Below are positions 26,964 to 39,238 of a stretch of 64,000 nucleotides of DNA, piece by piece (the stretch's first letter is position 1; every line of letters begins with the position of its first letter). Under the pieces are notes generated by a model. That model worked only from the letters and a program-made list of their open reading frames with translations. It had not been told where the DNA came from and did no database searches. The translations under genes and the position numbers were made by a program. The stretch lies in contig NW_025766976.1 of assembly GCF_003918875.1 (NCBI RefSeq), forward strand, positions 868,001 through 932,000. The letters are read 5' to 3'. The stretch comes from Haliotis rubra. Lineage: Eukaryota.

Positions 26964-27880
26964 ATGCCTCTCATAGAAGGGCTGGGTGATGAGGTGACCC
27001 TCATCTTTTGCCTGGTCACGTTCATTGTGGTGCTGCTCATAGCATGGCTGTCCACACACACCAGGGACATACCGTTCTTCAGCCTCATTGTGGTGGAGCT
27101 CACACAGCGGGCGACTCTTCGGAGACAACTTGCGGAAGCAAATCAACAAACACAGGGACACCCAGAGACGCCACAGCTTCAGAATGCTGGCGGAACTCAG
27201 GAAGGAGTAGCTAATGCTGGTCCTGGTGATGCTGCTTCTGATGCTGTGAGTGATGCAATCCCAGTTTCTGAAACTGACAGCCCTACAGTTGAAAGTGATG
27301 ATATACAGAAGGATGCTTCTGTCCAGGATGAAGATGTGGCCAATGTCCACAGTGTGGAAGGCACATCAGAGAGTGGTGTAGAGGACACAGAGCTAGCCAG
27401 AACTAACCAGCTTGGTGACGATAAGGCTGGAGTGGATGATGGCGTAGAGTTTCGAAAGACAGAAGACTCAGCAAATGTGATAGTCGAAGAGATATGCAGG
27501 ACTACCAAATCATCACCAATACTTCAGACATCCAATGTAGATAGTCAAGATGTAAACAATGAATCTTCTGAGGATGCAGACGAAAATACAGCTGCATCTT
27601 CGTCTTCTGCAGAGACAGTTCAGCCTGTTATAGCCTCTACACAAGTGAGGCAGAGACATGTGCCTTTAAGAGAACCACCTTCCCCAACACCCTCTTCCTC
27701 CTCCTCCTCCTGCCCAACCCCCTCCCCCACCACTACTGGTGTGTCAAGTGGAACACATCAGGACTTACTGAACCAGTCCAGTGATAATCAAGGACAGATC
27801 CGGATCAGGTTAAAATACCTGAATGACACCCAGCGACTGGTGTACAGTAACCCAGGAGATACAATCGGCCAGTTCAGAAG
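26964..27880 (+). CDS. TMUB1: Transmembrane and ubiquitin-like domain-containing protein (TMUB1/2-like), first coding exon
   Basis: N-terminus MPLIEGLGDEV plus a hydrophobic helix ending AWLSTH matches TMUB family; long acidic linker; start of the UBL domain (IRLKYLNDTQR...DTIGQFRR); GTGAGG donor at 27881; acceptor at 26882-26883. TMUB1 versus TMUB2 is not resolved. Confidence 0.9.
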
Positions 27881-28484
27881 GTGAGGGCAGTACAACTATG
27901 ACGATATTCAAACTGCATAACTGAGTGTCCAAGTGCTCGGATGTGCCTCAAGTGGCTGCGTGAGACGTGTATACCTTTGGCTAGACAGAAACCTTTGCTA
28001 GTTGTAGTGAATCCTTGCTTGCCTTGATTATGTTTCTAGGTCTGTCAGCAGCTGACATGCTGTGATGTTGTGACTGAAATGTTGTTCAAAAGCTGCCTTC
28101 CACACAACTCACTCAGTCACTAAACATGCTAAAAGGGACTTGCTTCTATAAGAATAGCTTGAGAAGAAGGTTGTTCGGTTGCCAATAACATCGTTATTTT
28201 TAACTGTGTCAGCATTATAATTTTTCCTATGTTAATATTGATCTTGCAAAAGTTAATTGAAACCTGTTTGACATTTTGTAAAGAGGCTGTTCATGATACC
28301 GATGTAAATTTATTCTGCTAGGTTTTTTTTTTTGTTGAAATTTGTTTTGAAAGAAAATGGTCTTTCGTTTAGCATGTTATGGAATGCTTCTTATCTTGCT
28401 TGCAGCTGTGCATTTGTTGCACATACATACTGCATATTTCACTGCTTGGTAGAAATATTAAGTAACATTGGATTTGTGACAGCA

Positions 28485-28717
28485 ACACATGCAGTGTTTG
28501 CCCTAGGCATAAAAATTTAGGAGTAATCATGACACCCTGGTGTCATGAGAGGGGAGTCATGGACATGTTTTGGGGAGTCAAATAAACAGGTTTTCTGCAT
28601 CCATGCATAAAAATTTACGAGTCATTATGACTCCTTGTGTCATGAGAGCGAGTCATGGAAACATTTTTGGGAGTCAGATATGCAGGTTTTCTTCGTCATG
28701 GCAAACACTGCATGTGT
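28485..28717. mobile_element. MITE in the TMUB intron with two internal about 100-bp tandem units
   Basis: Inverted ACACATGCAGTGTTTGCC / GGCAAACACTGCATGTGT ends. Confidence 0.6.
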
Positions 28718-28992
28718 GATCCAAAAGTGCATATGAAAAAATTAAATTCTGATCCTCTTTTCAGGATGCAATCAGGTCAATGTTTAACTTTTGACGATAT
28801 AAAAAAACATATCCCAATTACGTAGATCAATGCTCATGCTGTTGATCACTGGATTGTCTGGTCCAGACTCCATAATTTACAGACTGCCGCCATATAGCTG
28901 GAATATTGCTGAGTGCGGCATTAAGCAACAAACCAACCAATCATTGTAAGGAAGTGTATAACCACATTTAGATATGTATTATTGTTTTGCAG

Positions 28993-29375
28993 AGCACATT
29001 TTTCCACTGAATTAGCAGATAACAAGCTAGTACGTCTAATCTTCAATGGACAAGACATGCGCAATGACCGGAACACCCTACAGGGCTACAACATCACTGA
29101 CAACAGTGTAGTACACTGTCTGGTCACTCAGAACCTTCAGCAGACAGCCCAGCCTCAGATGGACAACGGGGGATGGGGATGCAGCCATTGGCTCCTTCAT
29201 GCTGCCTCTCTTTGCCCTGATACTGGCTTGCATCTGGTACCTGCGTATCACACAGAAGCAATACTTCAATGCTGTGTCCACTCTCTCTCTGGCAGGAGTG
29301 ACGTTTCTCTTTCTTCTAGCCTGTGCTTCAGTGTGGCGGGGAGGTGGGGACAGAGAGCATCAACACATGGATTAG
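28993..29375 (+). CDS. TMUB1: TMUB1/2-like last coding exon (rest of UBL domain and two C-terminal TM helices); apparent +1 frameshift at 29168-29172
   Basis: ttttgcAG acceptor in matching phase; VRLIFNGQ..ITDNSVVHCLV UBL motif. Removing one G from the G5 run gives GDGDAAIGSFMLPLFALILACIWYLRITQKQYFNAVSTLSLAGVTFLFLLACASVWRGGGDREHQHMD-stop, the expected TMUB C-terminus. Confidence 0.88.
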
Positions 29376-30605
29376 ATCCAATAGTGTCAACCCTTACCCT
29401 GGCAGTGGCAAAATGTCTCTCCTTATGGCATTCAAAGGGAGATAACTGTATACAAGTGATTCTTTACTGCACTCGAAAATACTGATATATGTTTCAAGTT
29501 GAAAGTGAGCAGAATGATTAATCAATTTTAGAAATGTTCCAGTTTCATTTCTATTTCAAGTCTCATTGAAATCTGTTTTAAGTGATTGATAATGTTGTCC
29601 TATCATTTGAAAACAACAATATGAAAAACAATAGAAACAAATGATGACTTCAGCTAAGGGACCGTTCATAATTCCGGCCAGGGGGTGATGATGATTTTTA
29701 TGGAAAATCATGTACAATGTGAATAACCACCCCTGAAATTTATGTACAAAGTAAGTGACCCCAAAATTAGGTTGCATAGTCAAGGATTCTATTTTCTTCT
29801 TTATACAATTTATAGTATTACAGTATGGCACTTTGTCATTGAATAATGAAGGAAAACATCTGATGCGAATGAAAGTCTGTGTCCATATTAATTTAAACAA
29901 TAAAGGTAATCACAAAACCTTCATATATGTTCTTTACACAATATACCGGTTCTCAGAAAAATATTACACAATGTATCGTTTGAAAATTGTATTGCGATAT
30001 ACCGATGTGCTGGTAATACTGCAGTCCTATGTTTCACTCTTTACTTAACAATGTTTATTCCTGGTTTTCTTCCAGATATAATAAACTTGTTTTTCAAAAA
30101 GATTGGAAAAACTGAAAACGTTTTTCTCTAACCTAAACACATTTTTAGTAGTCTGCTTTTATCTTTAATAATTTGATGGATGAAAGAATGTATTTGAATC
30201 ATACTGTGCTGGCTGCATTTTGAATATGGCATTAAATTACTTTCATATACTACACAGTGATGTTTTGGGAAACCTTTTGTTGCATTATTCCAAGTGGGGT
30301 AAATGTGTTTGTAAACAGCTAACACTAGTAACAGCTGTATGATACTAACCTCAGCTGAGCACAACTGTATACAGTGAGACCTTGTTTATCCAGACAGTTC
30401 CATTCAGAGGGGCATCAACTGGATTGACAATTTCTGGATTACTTTCTCTGTTCTTAATACCATTCTTATTGGGTAAAAATGTACTTTTTGAAATTTGTAA
30501 TTTAAGAATGTAATATTTGAGATATCCCATTTTCTCTATGGTCAGATTTAAGTCCTTCTCTATCATAGTTTTCATGCTGAAATATATCCTGTACTCCTAA
30601 TCTAA

Positions 30606-30908
30606 GGGACCGTTCATAATTTATGGCTAGGAGAGTGATGATGATTTTAAGGGGTTGATGATTTTAAGGGGGGTCACCCATTTTTTCTGGGAGGGGAAGG
30701 GGTGGTCATCAATTTTGTACACGTAACGGGTCAGCAATTTTGTACATAAAAATATTGTAAAATTATGTTTAAAAGTATGGATGGGGAGGGGGTCATTGAT
30801 TTTGTACATGACATGCAGAGGGGGGTCACTTACTTTGTACATAAATGTTACGGGGGGGGCATTCACATTGTAAATGCTTCTCCATAAAATTCATCATCAC
30901 ACACACAC

Positions 30909-30961
<53 letters not shown>

Positions 30962-30988
30962 CGGCAGCCATACATTATGAACGGTCCC
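30606..30988. mobile_element. Harbinger-type MITE with an internal (CA)n; related pieces at about 24835-25067 and 29655-29765
   Basis: TIR GGGACCGTTCATAAT / ATTATGAACGGTCCC; TAA/TGA flanks. Confidence 0.7.
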
Positions 30989-33045
30989 TGACGATTTAGG
31001 ATGATAGTAATTCTCTTAGCATAGCATACACTTAAACCAGGTACTGGGCTAACATTTTGTCTCTCTTTTCCTGAACCTTATTATTACTGGTGTTTGCTCC
31101 TACCTAGCACCTTCTTTCATGCAAAAGCCCCATATGAAGCTAGCATATATTTTCCTCAGGTTCAGGTTCTGAACTTCAATCTCTCTGGGGCTCATTTTGA
31201 ATTTCAATCAAAATTATATATTTTCACAACTTTTTGTCTGCAGTGCTAGGATCCTGGAAGATTGTGAGATGACTTGATTGAGGGACACATGGCAGATATT
31301 CTGGTGCATACAAATATCAGTTTGTGGTCTATGGTTAAGCTTTCAAACCTTTCATGTATATCCTTCTTTGAGGGGCATTCTTTCATTTATTGTTCAAGCA
31401 AACTGTTTAGGGGCTTATGTACTGGTTGACTTCAACAAATTTCTATCAAAATATGCATCAGAAAATATGTGTCATATTTTGCCCCTTTTTAATCTGTGTG
31501 AAGTTGTGTGAAAGATACTGAGTTCCTGAGGCAAGGGAGGTAACTGACTAACATCCAGGTGATCCTGGACCATAGCAGCCAGTAAAACTGTTAACTCCCT
31601 TGCCTTGGAAGATGTATAGATGTTGCCTAAATTTTCAAGCATGAATTTTTTAATTCCAGTTGATATTAGATCAGTTGGGTTATCAATATAATGTGGTTTT
31701 GGTTGTTTCACTATTTATACTATCACCCCAAAACTCCACCTTCTTGACCTTAGATGTGGGAAATAGAAAGTCCATCCTGAACAAAACTCTGGTCAGCATC
31801 ACAAAAATATTTTCAGTCTTTTCTGTCATTTCTTGATGATCCTTGAATGAAAGCAACGTCACTGAGGTAAAAAGGGCTATGCAGTAGTATTTTAATCTGT
31901 TTGCAGTGTTCCCATGTATCTATGGCAACGGTAACTATAGCAACGGCAGTTTTGAGATGGTGCATGAATACATTGAACATTGTGTAACCAGACATAATAA
32001 TCTGTGTATGATATTGTTGTATAAATGTAAGATTTTGTGTATATTTATCTGGAGCTTGTTGGTTGTCCATCAAGTAATGCCTTGTTAAGAAATAACACGG
32101 ACCCTTAAATTATGTCTTGTTTCAGAGACAATTGGTTATGCTCCAAGGTGGCATAAACTGATTTTCATTTACTAGCTGAACCCATCATTTAAATATACAT
32201 ATTTGTTGACATGCTACTGTTGTTTTGTTTTTTTCTTTGGGCCAGTGTTATTGTATTATAATCATACATGCTCGTAGTTCACCGTCAGAGATCTGCCTTA
32301 CGTCTCCGTCTCCACACACACACACACACCACCCCTAGCTGTTACTGTGAGTGAGTGAGTGAGTGAGTTCGGTTTTACATTGCTCTAAGAAATATCTCAG
32401 CAGTATCACGATGGGAGACACCAGAAATGGGCTTCACATATTTTACCCATGCTGGGGAATCTAACTCGGGTCTTCCGCGTGATGAGCGAACGCTTTAACC
32501 ACTAGGCTACCCCACCGCTTTAACCACTAGGCTACCCCACCGCTTTAACCACTAGGCTACCCCACCGCCCCCTGATACTGTGGTATAACTTGAAAGTTGT
32601 TGAAAGCAACATTTAATCCATCTCATATACTCCCATTTTCTCAAAATATGTAAATTATTTAATAAGAACTCTGTGAAGTGATTGCTGTAGATTGATTTAT
32701 ATATAAGAATTTATACAGTTAAACTTTTGGAGGTGCAGCTGTTCCATAAACGCAAACGTAAATTATTACTTAAGTAAATCCGTTCCTATAAAATCGGGTG
32801 CTGATTGCGACCGTAAGGCGTACCAGATTCCTTTGATGGTGTGATCCCAAACTTGACGTGATTATATTGTTGGCTTGTTGGAACAATACACATGCGCGTG
32901 GTTAACAGCATTGTAACCATGCTAGACTGAAGTTGCCATTTTGGTCTAAGTAAAGTGCTTTGCGTCTAGTATGATTTGGAAATAAATAACAGGAACCCGT
33001 TTCAACGATGCTGAAGTTTACTGGAGATAGCCCATGTCACGTGGT

Positions 33046-33147
33046 CTAAACTCTCTTGGCTCCCTTCTTCCTGTGGAGCCTGGCGACCTTGGCCTTCTTC
33101 CTGTGGACTCTGATTGGCTGCCGGAGATGGAGCTTGGATCTGTGGCC
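33046..33147 (-). CDS. Precursor A exon 3 (GHRSKLHLRQPIRVHRKKAKVARLHRKKGAKRV-stop)
   Basis: cttctcgtttgcccAG acceptor conserved in the paralog; the phase-0 join gives a 105-aa precursor; internal 30-nt repeat. The frame assumes no extra small exon. Confidence 0.7.
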   Translation of the reverse strand, partial: GHRSKLHLRQPIRVHRKKAKVARLHRKKGAKRV

Positions 33148-34143
33148 CTGGGCAAACGAGAAGTGAAGTCTTCATATCAAATCAGGTAAAATTTGTTAAG
33201 TTATAAAACATAACACTAGTTCCTTTAAACATTGCAACTCATGCTTTTAGATTTTGATACGAGTTCCGAATAGATTTACCTTAGTTAAATGTAACTCACC
33301 TTATTTATCTATAGAAACGGAGATAAATGTTGGAATATTAAGATAAACACGCAGAGAAAGCATCTTTTCTCGCCGCTTTTAACAAAATTAAAGTAACATC
33401 AAGAAATGATCTTCACACATTGTTCACATGTGGGGATCAGGGTCTTTGGTTTGACTACTGAACGCTTTAACCACTTGGTTGTCCTTCCTCTTATAAAGAC
33501 ATGCGGAGGTATATGGGCAGGTTTAGTTTAGTTGTCCATTGTATTTTGACATGAAAACATCAATGAAGACATGGCTTCCGATCCCCCTATTATTATACAC
33601 TCCCAGTTATGATAATTGGGTAAGAACGTATATAGTGAGTAGCAATATTCTAGCAATATGGCAACGGGTGACTGCAGAAAGGTGCTTGAAACATTGAATC
33701 TCATAATGTCTACCCCACCATCCCAAGAACATCGGACACTCTTCCTATCCCCTCACTATGTATCCTTGGATAGAACCAGAATATCCATGATTTAGAATGT
33801 ACAACACTACAGCTTGTTCAGCTTGACCTGAGCTACTCTACATATGCATGACCCAGGAGGTCAAATGGCACAAACGGCAGGTCGAGTTAACCTCATTAAA
33901 TAGGGGAGTAGAGAATGTTAACGGCGACCTCGTCTCGGCTGTTCGGACATGTTGACAATGAACTTCACAATAATAGACCCACCCAGTTTTGACACGGTCA
34001 CGCAAAGCATTAGTATTCACTTGATCAGGTCAAACTAAACAAACAAATAGCAAATTTTGATTTCTCTGGGTGACTGGTTTAACCCCAGGAGTTGATCTCA
34101 GTGGTATGTGGATGATTCTGTCAGCAGAGAAGTACGCCTTGTA

Positions 34144-35023
34144 TACTGTAAGCCATTAAAAACGCAATTGGTATTTGTTGTCCTGAAACTCACAAAAGTT
34201 CTATTGAAGATTTTTGCCTGCGATACAGAGGATGTAGGGATAAAAGGCTGTTATTCTGGCCCAGTTCGAGTCCCGGAGCATTCCTCTCACATGAACTTTG
34301 ATACTTAAAACTGAATCTTTGACATTTCTCGTAAACACAACCACATTCATGAAACACGTTGTGCACATGCATTACCTGCACCCAGTCCCTGTAAAAGCAC
34401 AAGGAATTGTGGAACTCTATCACTTTGAGAAAATGCCACACTTGACACAAGACGAAAGGAATCAGGTTATCGGTATGGTCACCGAGGTGCTTCAGATGTG
34501 ATGATTGCCAGGCACTTTAATGTGCATCCATCCACTGTAAGTCGACTCAGACAACGTTTTCGGGCTACCGGAAGTGTTGCTGATCGTCCGCGACCTGGTG
34601 CACCACCTGTGATAACAGCTCGACAAAACCGCAATATCCGAGTTTCACACTTGCGAAATCGGTTCCAAACAGCTGATGATGAGGCAAGGAGGACAATTGG
34701 GACAAGTCAACGTCATTTCAGCGCCCAAAAGGTGCAAGGACGCCTTGCTGCCTTCAACATCCGGTGTCGTCACCCGTACCGTGGTCCAACCTTATTGCAT
34801 CGCCACAGACTTGCCAGACAGCGATGGGCAGCAAATGGGGCCAATCTTGGCAACAGCAAGACGTTGTTGAGTCACTGATGTTGTTGTTGACTGGACATTT
34901 TCAGATGAAATTATTCACAGATGTTCACTTAAAACATATCTGCCAGTTAGGTTTATATATGTTGAAATTGGTGTGAGTAAAGAAAGTATGAATGTCAAAT
35001 TGCGTTTTTAATGGCTTACAGTA
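34144..35023 (+). mobile_element. Internally deleted Tc1/mariner element in intron 2 of precursor gene A
   Basis: TIR TACTGTAAGCCATTAAAAACGCAATT at both ends; paired-like HTH IARHFNVHPSTVSRL, DRPRPGAP (ORF 34498..34878); catalytic domain missing. Confidence 0.88.
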
Positions 35024-35097
35024 TACAAGGCGTACTTCTCTGCTGACAGAATGTCTGTAGTTGTTTTTAGTAAGGAGAAACTCAACGTTTTACAAAC

Positions 35098-35270
35098 CTT
35101 CTTGCCAGCAAGGTACTTTGAAAAATGCTTTGCAATAGATCTTTTTCCAACTGTGCCTCCACCTGTGGGCAAGTCGCCCACGCAGACACATTGCTCCTTT
35201 CCGATGGGGCCTACACACACTCCCTTAGTTGGTGGGCATATCGAACAGTCACAGGCAAGAGCAGAGAACT
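35098..35270 (-). CDS. Precursor A exon 2 (EFSALA/CDCSICPPTKGVCVGPIGKEQCVCVGDLPTGGGTV-GKR-SIAKHFSKYLAGKK)
   Basis: Strong acceptor ttctttttttacAG; 173 nt, phase 1 to 0; GTTTGT donor; ALA signal-peptidase site; 6 Cys; GKR site; indels versus the paralog preserve frame. Confidence 0.85.
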
Positions 35271-36249
35271 CTGTAAAAAAAGAAAATGGCCTCTGGTTAA
35301 CTGATATTCTGATATGAATCCTTACATAATGGTGAGCATTTGCATGTCATATACATGCTTATTACCCATATGGGAAGGAGGACACAGGGTAGTATTTTTC
35401 CTGTAAGTCCCGAGGGAGGTTCGCTTTTTTCTGAACGTTGATTGGCTGTTTCAGAAAATAAAACAGCCAATCAACGCGTATCCCCATATCCATGGGGGGT
35501 TTACTCCCATAACGCAGACCTCCAAAACGCAGACCTCGCAAAATGCAGATACAAAAAGCACACTAATTAATTGGGCCATGCTGGTCATCCCTAATTAATG
35601 AATGGCCCGGTCCACTCCCCTTCCAAAAGGGATTACCGCTATGTTAAGTCACTCAGTAATAGTGCACAACAACAACATTGTCTGAAAACACTGCTCCATT
35701 CTTTAATCTGCTTTTGATACATTTGATGAGTAGAAGCTGTGTTTAGAGGATCAGATAGTTCGACTCCTCCAACGAATCTTATTCAAACATTCAAACCTTA
35801 AAACAATCAACTAACTTCTCCTATGTATAGATTGACATTGCTGTGAGGAAGATTGTGACTGATGAACTAAAAATGATTGTGGGGAAGGTTGTGACTGATG
35901 AAGTAAGAATGATTGTTGTGAGGAAGATTGTGACTGATGAAATGTCGTATAGTGTATAAATGAAATTTCACTTGTAACAACTTTTAAATATTATTGATTA
36001 AATAAATATTGATGAAAGAAAGGAGCACTTGTTACATTGCCAAAGCTCGTTACATGGGTGATACCATTTTTCTTAATCAAGGGTACAGCCTACTAATCCC
36101 AGATGCAACCAACCATAACAAGTGTTGTTTTAACGGGTCTGCGTTTTGGGAGGCTTCCATATGGGGATTCCCAACATCGCGGGTTTCCTTTTTTGCTGTT
36201 TTCATTTTAGCGTTTTTTAAGATCGAAAACTGATATGGGTAATAAACAC

Positions 36250-37004
36250 AACAAGAAGACGAAGTCATCAATATCCCCCGCAACGGCAAAATACTCTTTA
36301 TGAATATGTCTACTAGTTATGATTATGTCAAATGTTTTGGAGTGTATATAGCAAAGTGGAAGGAGAGTATTGAAAGGTTTTTTAAGATCTGCTCCAGAAA
36401 GGAACACTACCACCAAATTCAGTTGAAGCCTAACTTGTTGCCATGGAAATGCACCAAGATGACATCCTCATAGTCACAGCCTAAGTCACGTTTCCACGAA
36501 ACCGCTAAAAATAGAATTCGTATCTGGGTCTAACCATCAAATGGCACATCTATAGACCATGTTTGATATGTGTACCAAGTTTGATATAGCTAGCATGTAT
36601 AGTTTAGGAGATCTGCTCCTAAAAGATGACATCCTCATAGCCACAGCCTAAGTCACGTTTCCATGGAAACCGCAAAAAATATAATTCATATCTGGGTCTA
36701 AACCCCAAAAGGCACATCTATGGATCATGCTTGACATATGTACCAGGTTTGATGAAGCTAGTATGTATAGTTTGGAAGATGTGCTCCGGTCAAGATGATA
36801 TCCTCATAGTCACAGCCTTAAGTCATGCTTCCATTGAAACCGCAAAAAATAAAATACATATCTGGGTCTAAGTTTGGTTAAGTTATCACGAATTGTTTAG
36901 GCGATATGCTTCGGACAAAGTATGACGGACGCACGCACGGAAGCACGGACGGACGGAACTCGTTTCTATATCCCCCGCAACTACCAACTCGTGACGGAGA
37001 ATAA
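36250..37004 (+). mobile_element. Helentron-associated (HINE / pearl-like) non-autonomous element
   Basis: AACAAG start, TATCCCCCGCAAC repeated near both ends, about 165-bp tandem core repeats, (GACG/GCAC)n microsatellite before the 3-prime end. Confidence 0.7.
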
Positions 37005-37559
37005 CACATTATCCTTCCCTCGTTATATTACTTATGTAATTCTCTTGCCAAGGCTCGAGAATTACGCAATTAATATAACTGGGGAAAGATAATCTGTCAT
37101 TCCCCGTCACTCGTTAGTTATTGTCTAAATGTCCAGCGTTTAATTCACAATTCATATATTCGTGGAGTTTTACGCCGCTTTTGACAGTATTCCAGTGAAA
37201 TCACAGCATGTGGAAGGATAGCCCTAAGTGATGCAGGTCTCAGAAGCTCAAAACTTTGGTGAAACCCACAAGCACGGACACGATATCTGGTGTTGACAAA
37301 CTTAGAAACGTAAACTGGTTCGGACCCACAACCATGGGCTTCTGGAGTAGCCAGGAGACGCAGCTCTCCACAGCAAAATGTGGTACCTTTGACGACCAGA
37401 CCACGTGTGTCCATCTTATTATTGGAGTCGGTCATGACAAATATGCCATGGAAAAGTACACAATCTGTTTCCTGATAACTCACAGCATATTATCACATGC
37501 AACTTCATACAACACATAAACTGTAAAATATCGATGATTCGGATGTTCTTTAACTTCAT

Positions 37560-37780
37560 TTGAGGAGCTACTTAAGGAAGCCGTTGGAGCGTTGTCTCAA
37601 TACCGAGTGTAACGTCCACGTAACTCTCCTCCTCATGCCCCCTGTCAGTCTCCTGATCCTCTGGAGGGGCAGTCTACGCCATTCCTCATGTAAAGCAGCT
37701 TCCAATTGGGTCAGGTTCTGTACAGGAGGATCCCTTTGTTGCACACTACGACCGATCATGTCCAAGATATGCTCCAAAGG
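37560..37780 (-). mobile_element. Tc1 transposase C-terminal fragment
   Basis: EHILDMIGR..PVQNLTQLEAALHEEW..I..L..GMRRR (ORF 37568..37777). Confidence 0.8.
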
Positions 37781-38159
37781 TTAAGTGAGTGACTTTAGTT
37801 TTACGCCGCACTTGGCAATATTCCAGCTATATGGCAGTAACTGATCGAGTCTGGACCAGACAATCCAACAGCATGAACATCGATCTACGCAACAGGGATA
37901 CGATGACGTGTCAACCCAGTCAGCGAGCCTGACCACTCGATCGCGTTAGTCGCCGCTTACGACAAGCATTGGTTGCTGAAGATCAATTCTAACCCGGACC
38001 TTCACGGGTTAAGATAAGGGCTCATTCAATCGTGAGATATGTCAGGGGATGAGTTCCTTTGGTATTTGTCAATGATCCTATATGTTGATCCTGCACAGTA
38101 GCTGCAAACTAATTATGTAAGCTTTTAGGTGTAGAACAAGTGAAAAAAGCAAAACGTAC

Positions 38160-38202
38160 CTGCTATTATAAGCACAAGACAGAGGAGAACGAGACACTTC
38201 AT
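38160..38202 (-). CDS. Secreted Cys-rich/cationic peptide precursor A, exon 1 (signal peptide MKCLVLLCLVLIIA)
   Basis: Consensus Kozak gccgccATG; hydrophobic core; GTACGT donor in phase 1; conserved in the paralog at 46557-46599. Confidence 0.85.
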
Positions 38203-38708
38203 GGCGGCACAATGCACAGGTGTGTGACGTGTGTTTGTTCTTGTACAAGTCCGGATTTAAGATAGCCAACTGCAAGCCCACTGATATGCCATGCCACAGT
38301 CTGGTACCACGTGGTCCTGTAGGTGGTGGGCGAATACGTTCCAGAGATTTCGTAAGAATGCGGAAAGACGGATGAGGTGTGTTTGCACTAACACTGAACT
38401 ATCTTATGAAACTAGTACCCCGTGGTCCTGTAGGTGGTGGCCAAGAGTTTTAAAAATTACAGTCACATCCGCAACTTCACCCGTATCGTGTCGGCACAAT
38501 ATACAGCTCTGTTGTGTGTGTTTGCGACGACACTGAACTATCTTATCAAAGTGGAACCATTTAGACCTGTAGAGTGATAGAGTTAAAATTTATCGTCACA
38601 TCGGCAGTATTTGAGCCATATCGTGACGAGAGAACCTTATACAGCAATAAACAAGTATGAAATATATTTAAAGGTTATAAAATCCTGTCGCCAAAGGACA
38701 GTACAACA

Positions 38709-39238
38709 ACTATAGTCTGTTTGCAGTGAAAACTTACCGATGTATTTCACTTTAAACAAAAAAGTAAATCAAATTAAGGGAAATTAAGATTGCGAATCCT
38801 CATAATTTTACCTTGCCAAATGAACATTTAAATCTCAGAAGTTTATTCAACTTAGGATAAAAGTTGTTTAACAAACGATCATAGATTCAAATCGCTATTA
38901 TTGGTTTGTATTACAAGGGGATAAGCGCAGTAGATGGAACAGTGAAACAAATGCACGTGCTGTACGTGATGAGCGTTAACTTAGACCAGCCCTACTTGTT
39001 CTCGGTGTTTCATCTAATGTGCATACCCCCTTGTAATACAAACCAATAATAGCGATTTGAAACTATGATCGTTTGTTAAACAACTTTTATCCTAAGTTGA
39101 ATAAAATTCTGAGATTTAAATGTTCAATTGGCAAGGTAAAATTATGAGGATTTGCAATCTTAATTTCGCTTTAATCGATTTACTTTTTTGTTTACAATGA
39201 AATTCACCGGTACGTTTTCACTGCAAATAGACTATAGT
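38709..39238. repeat. About 530-bp fold-back element upstream of precursor gene A
   Basis: About 210-bp near-perfect inverted arms (38709-38920 / 39026-39238). Confidence 0.85.

Noticed and set aside
37145-37483. ORF in intron 1 of gene A with a similar ORF in paralog B (44530..44811; shared FHG.FVMTDS and CGELRLLATPEA)
   Set aside because: The similarity is explained by the segmental duplication. Most changes over the aligned codons are non-synonymous, the frames differ at the 5-prime end, and no good shared splice acceptor is present.
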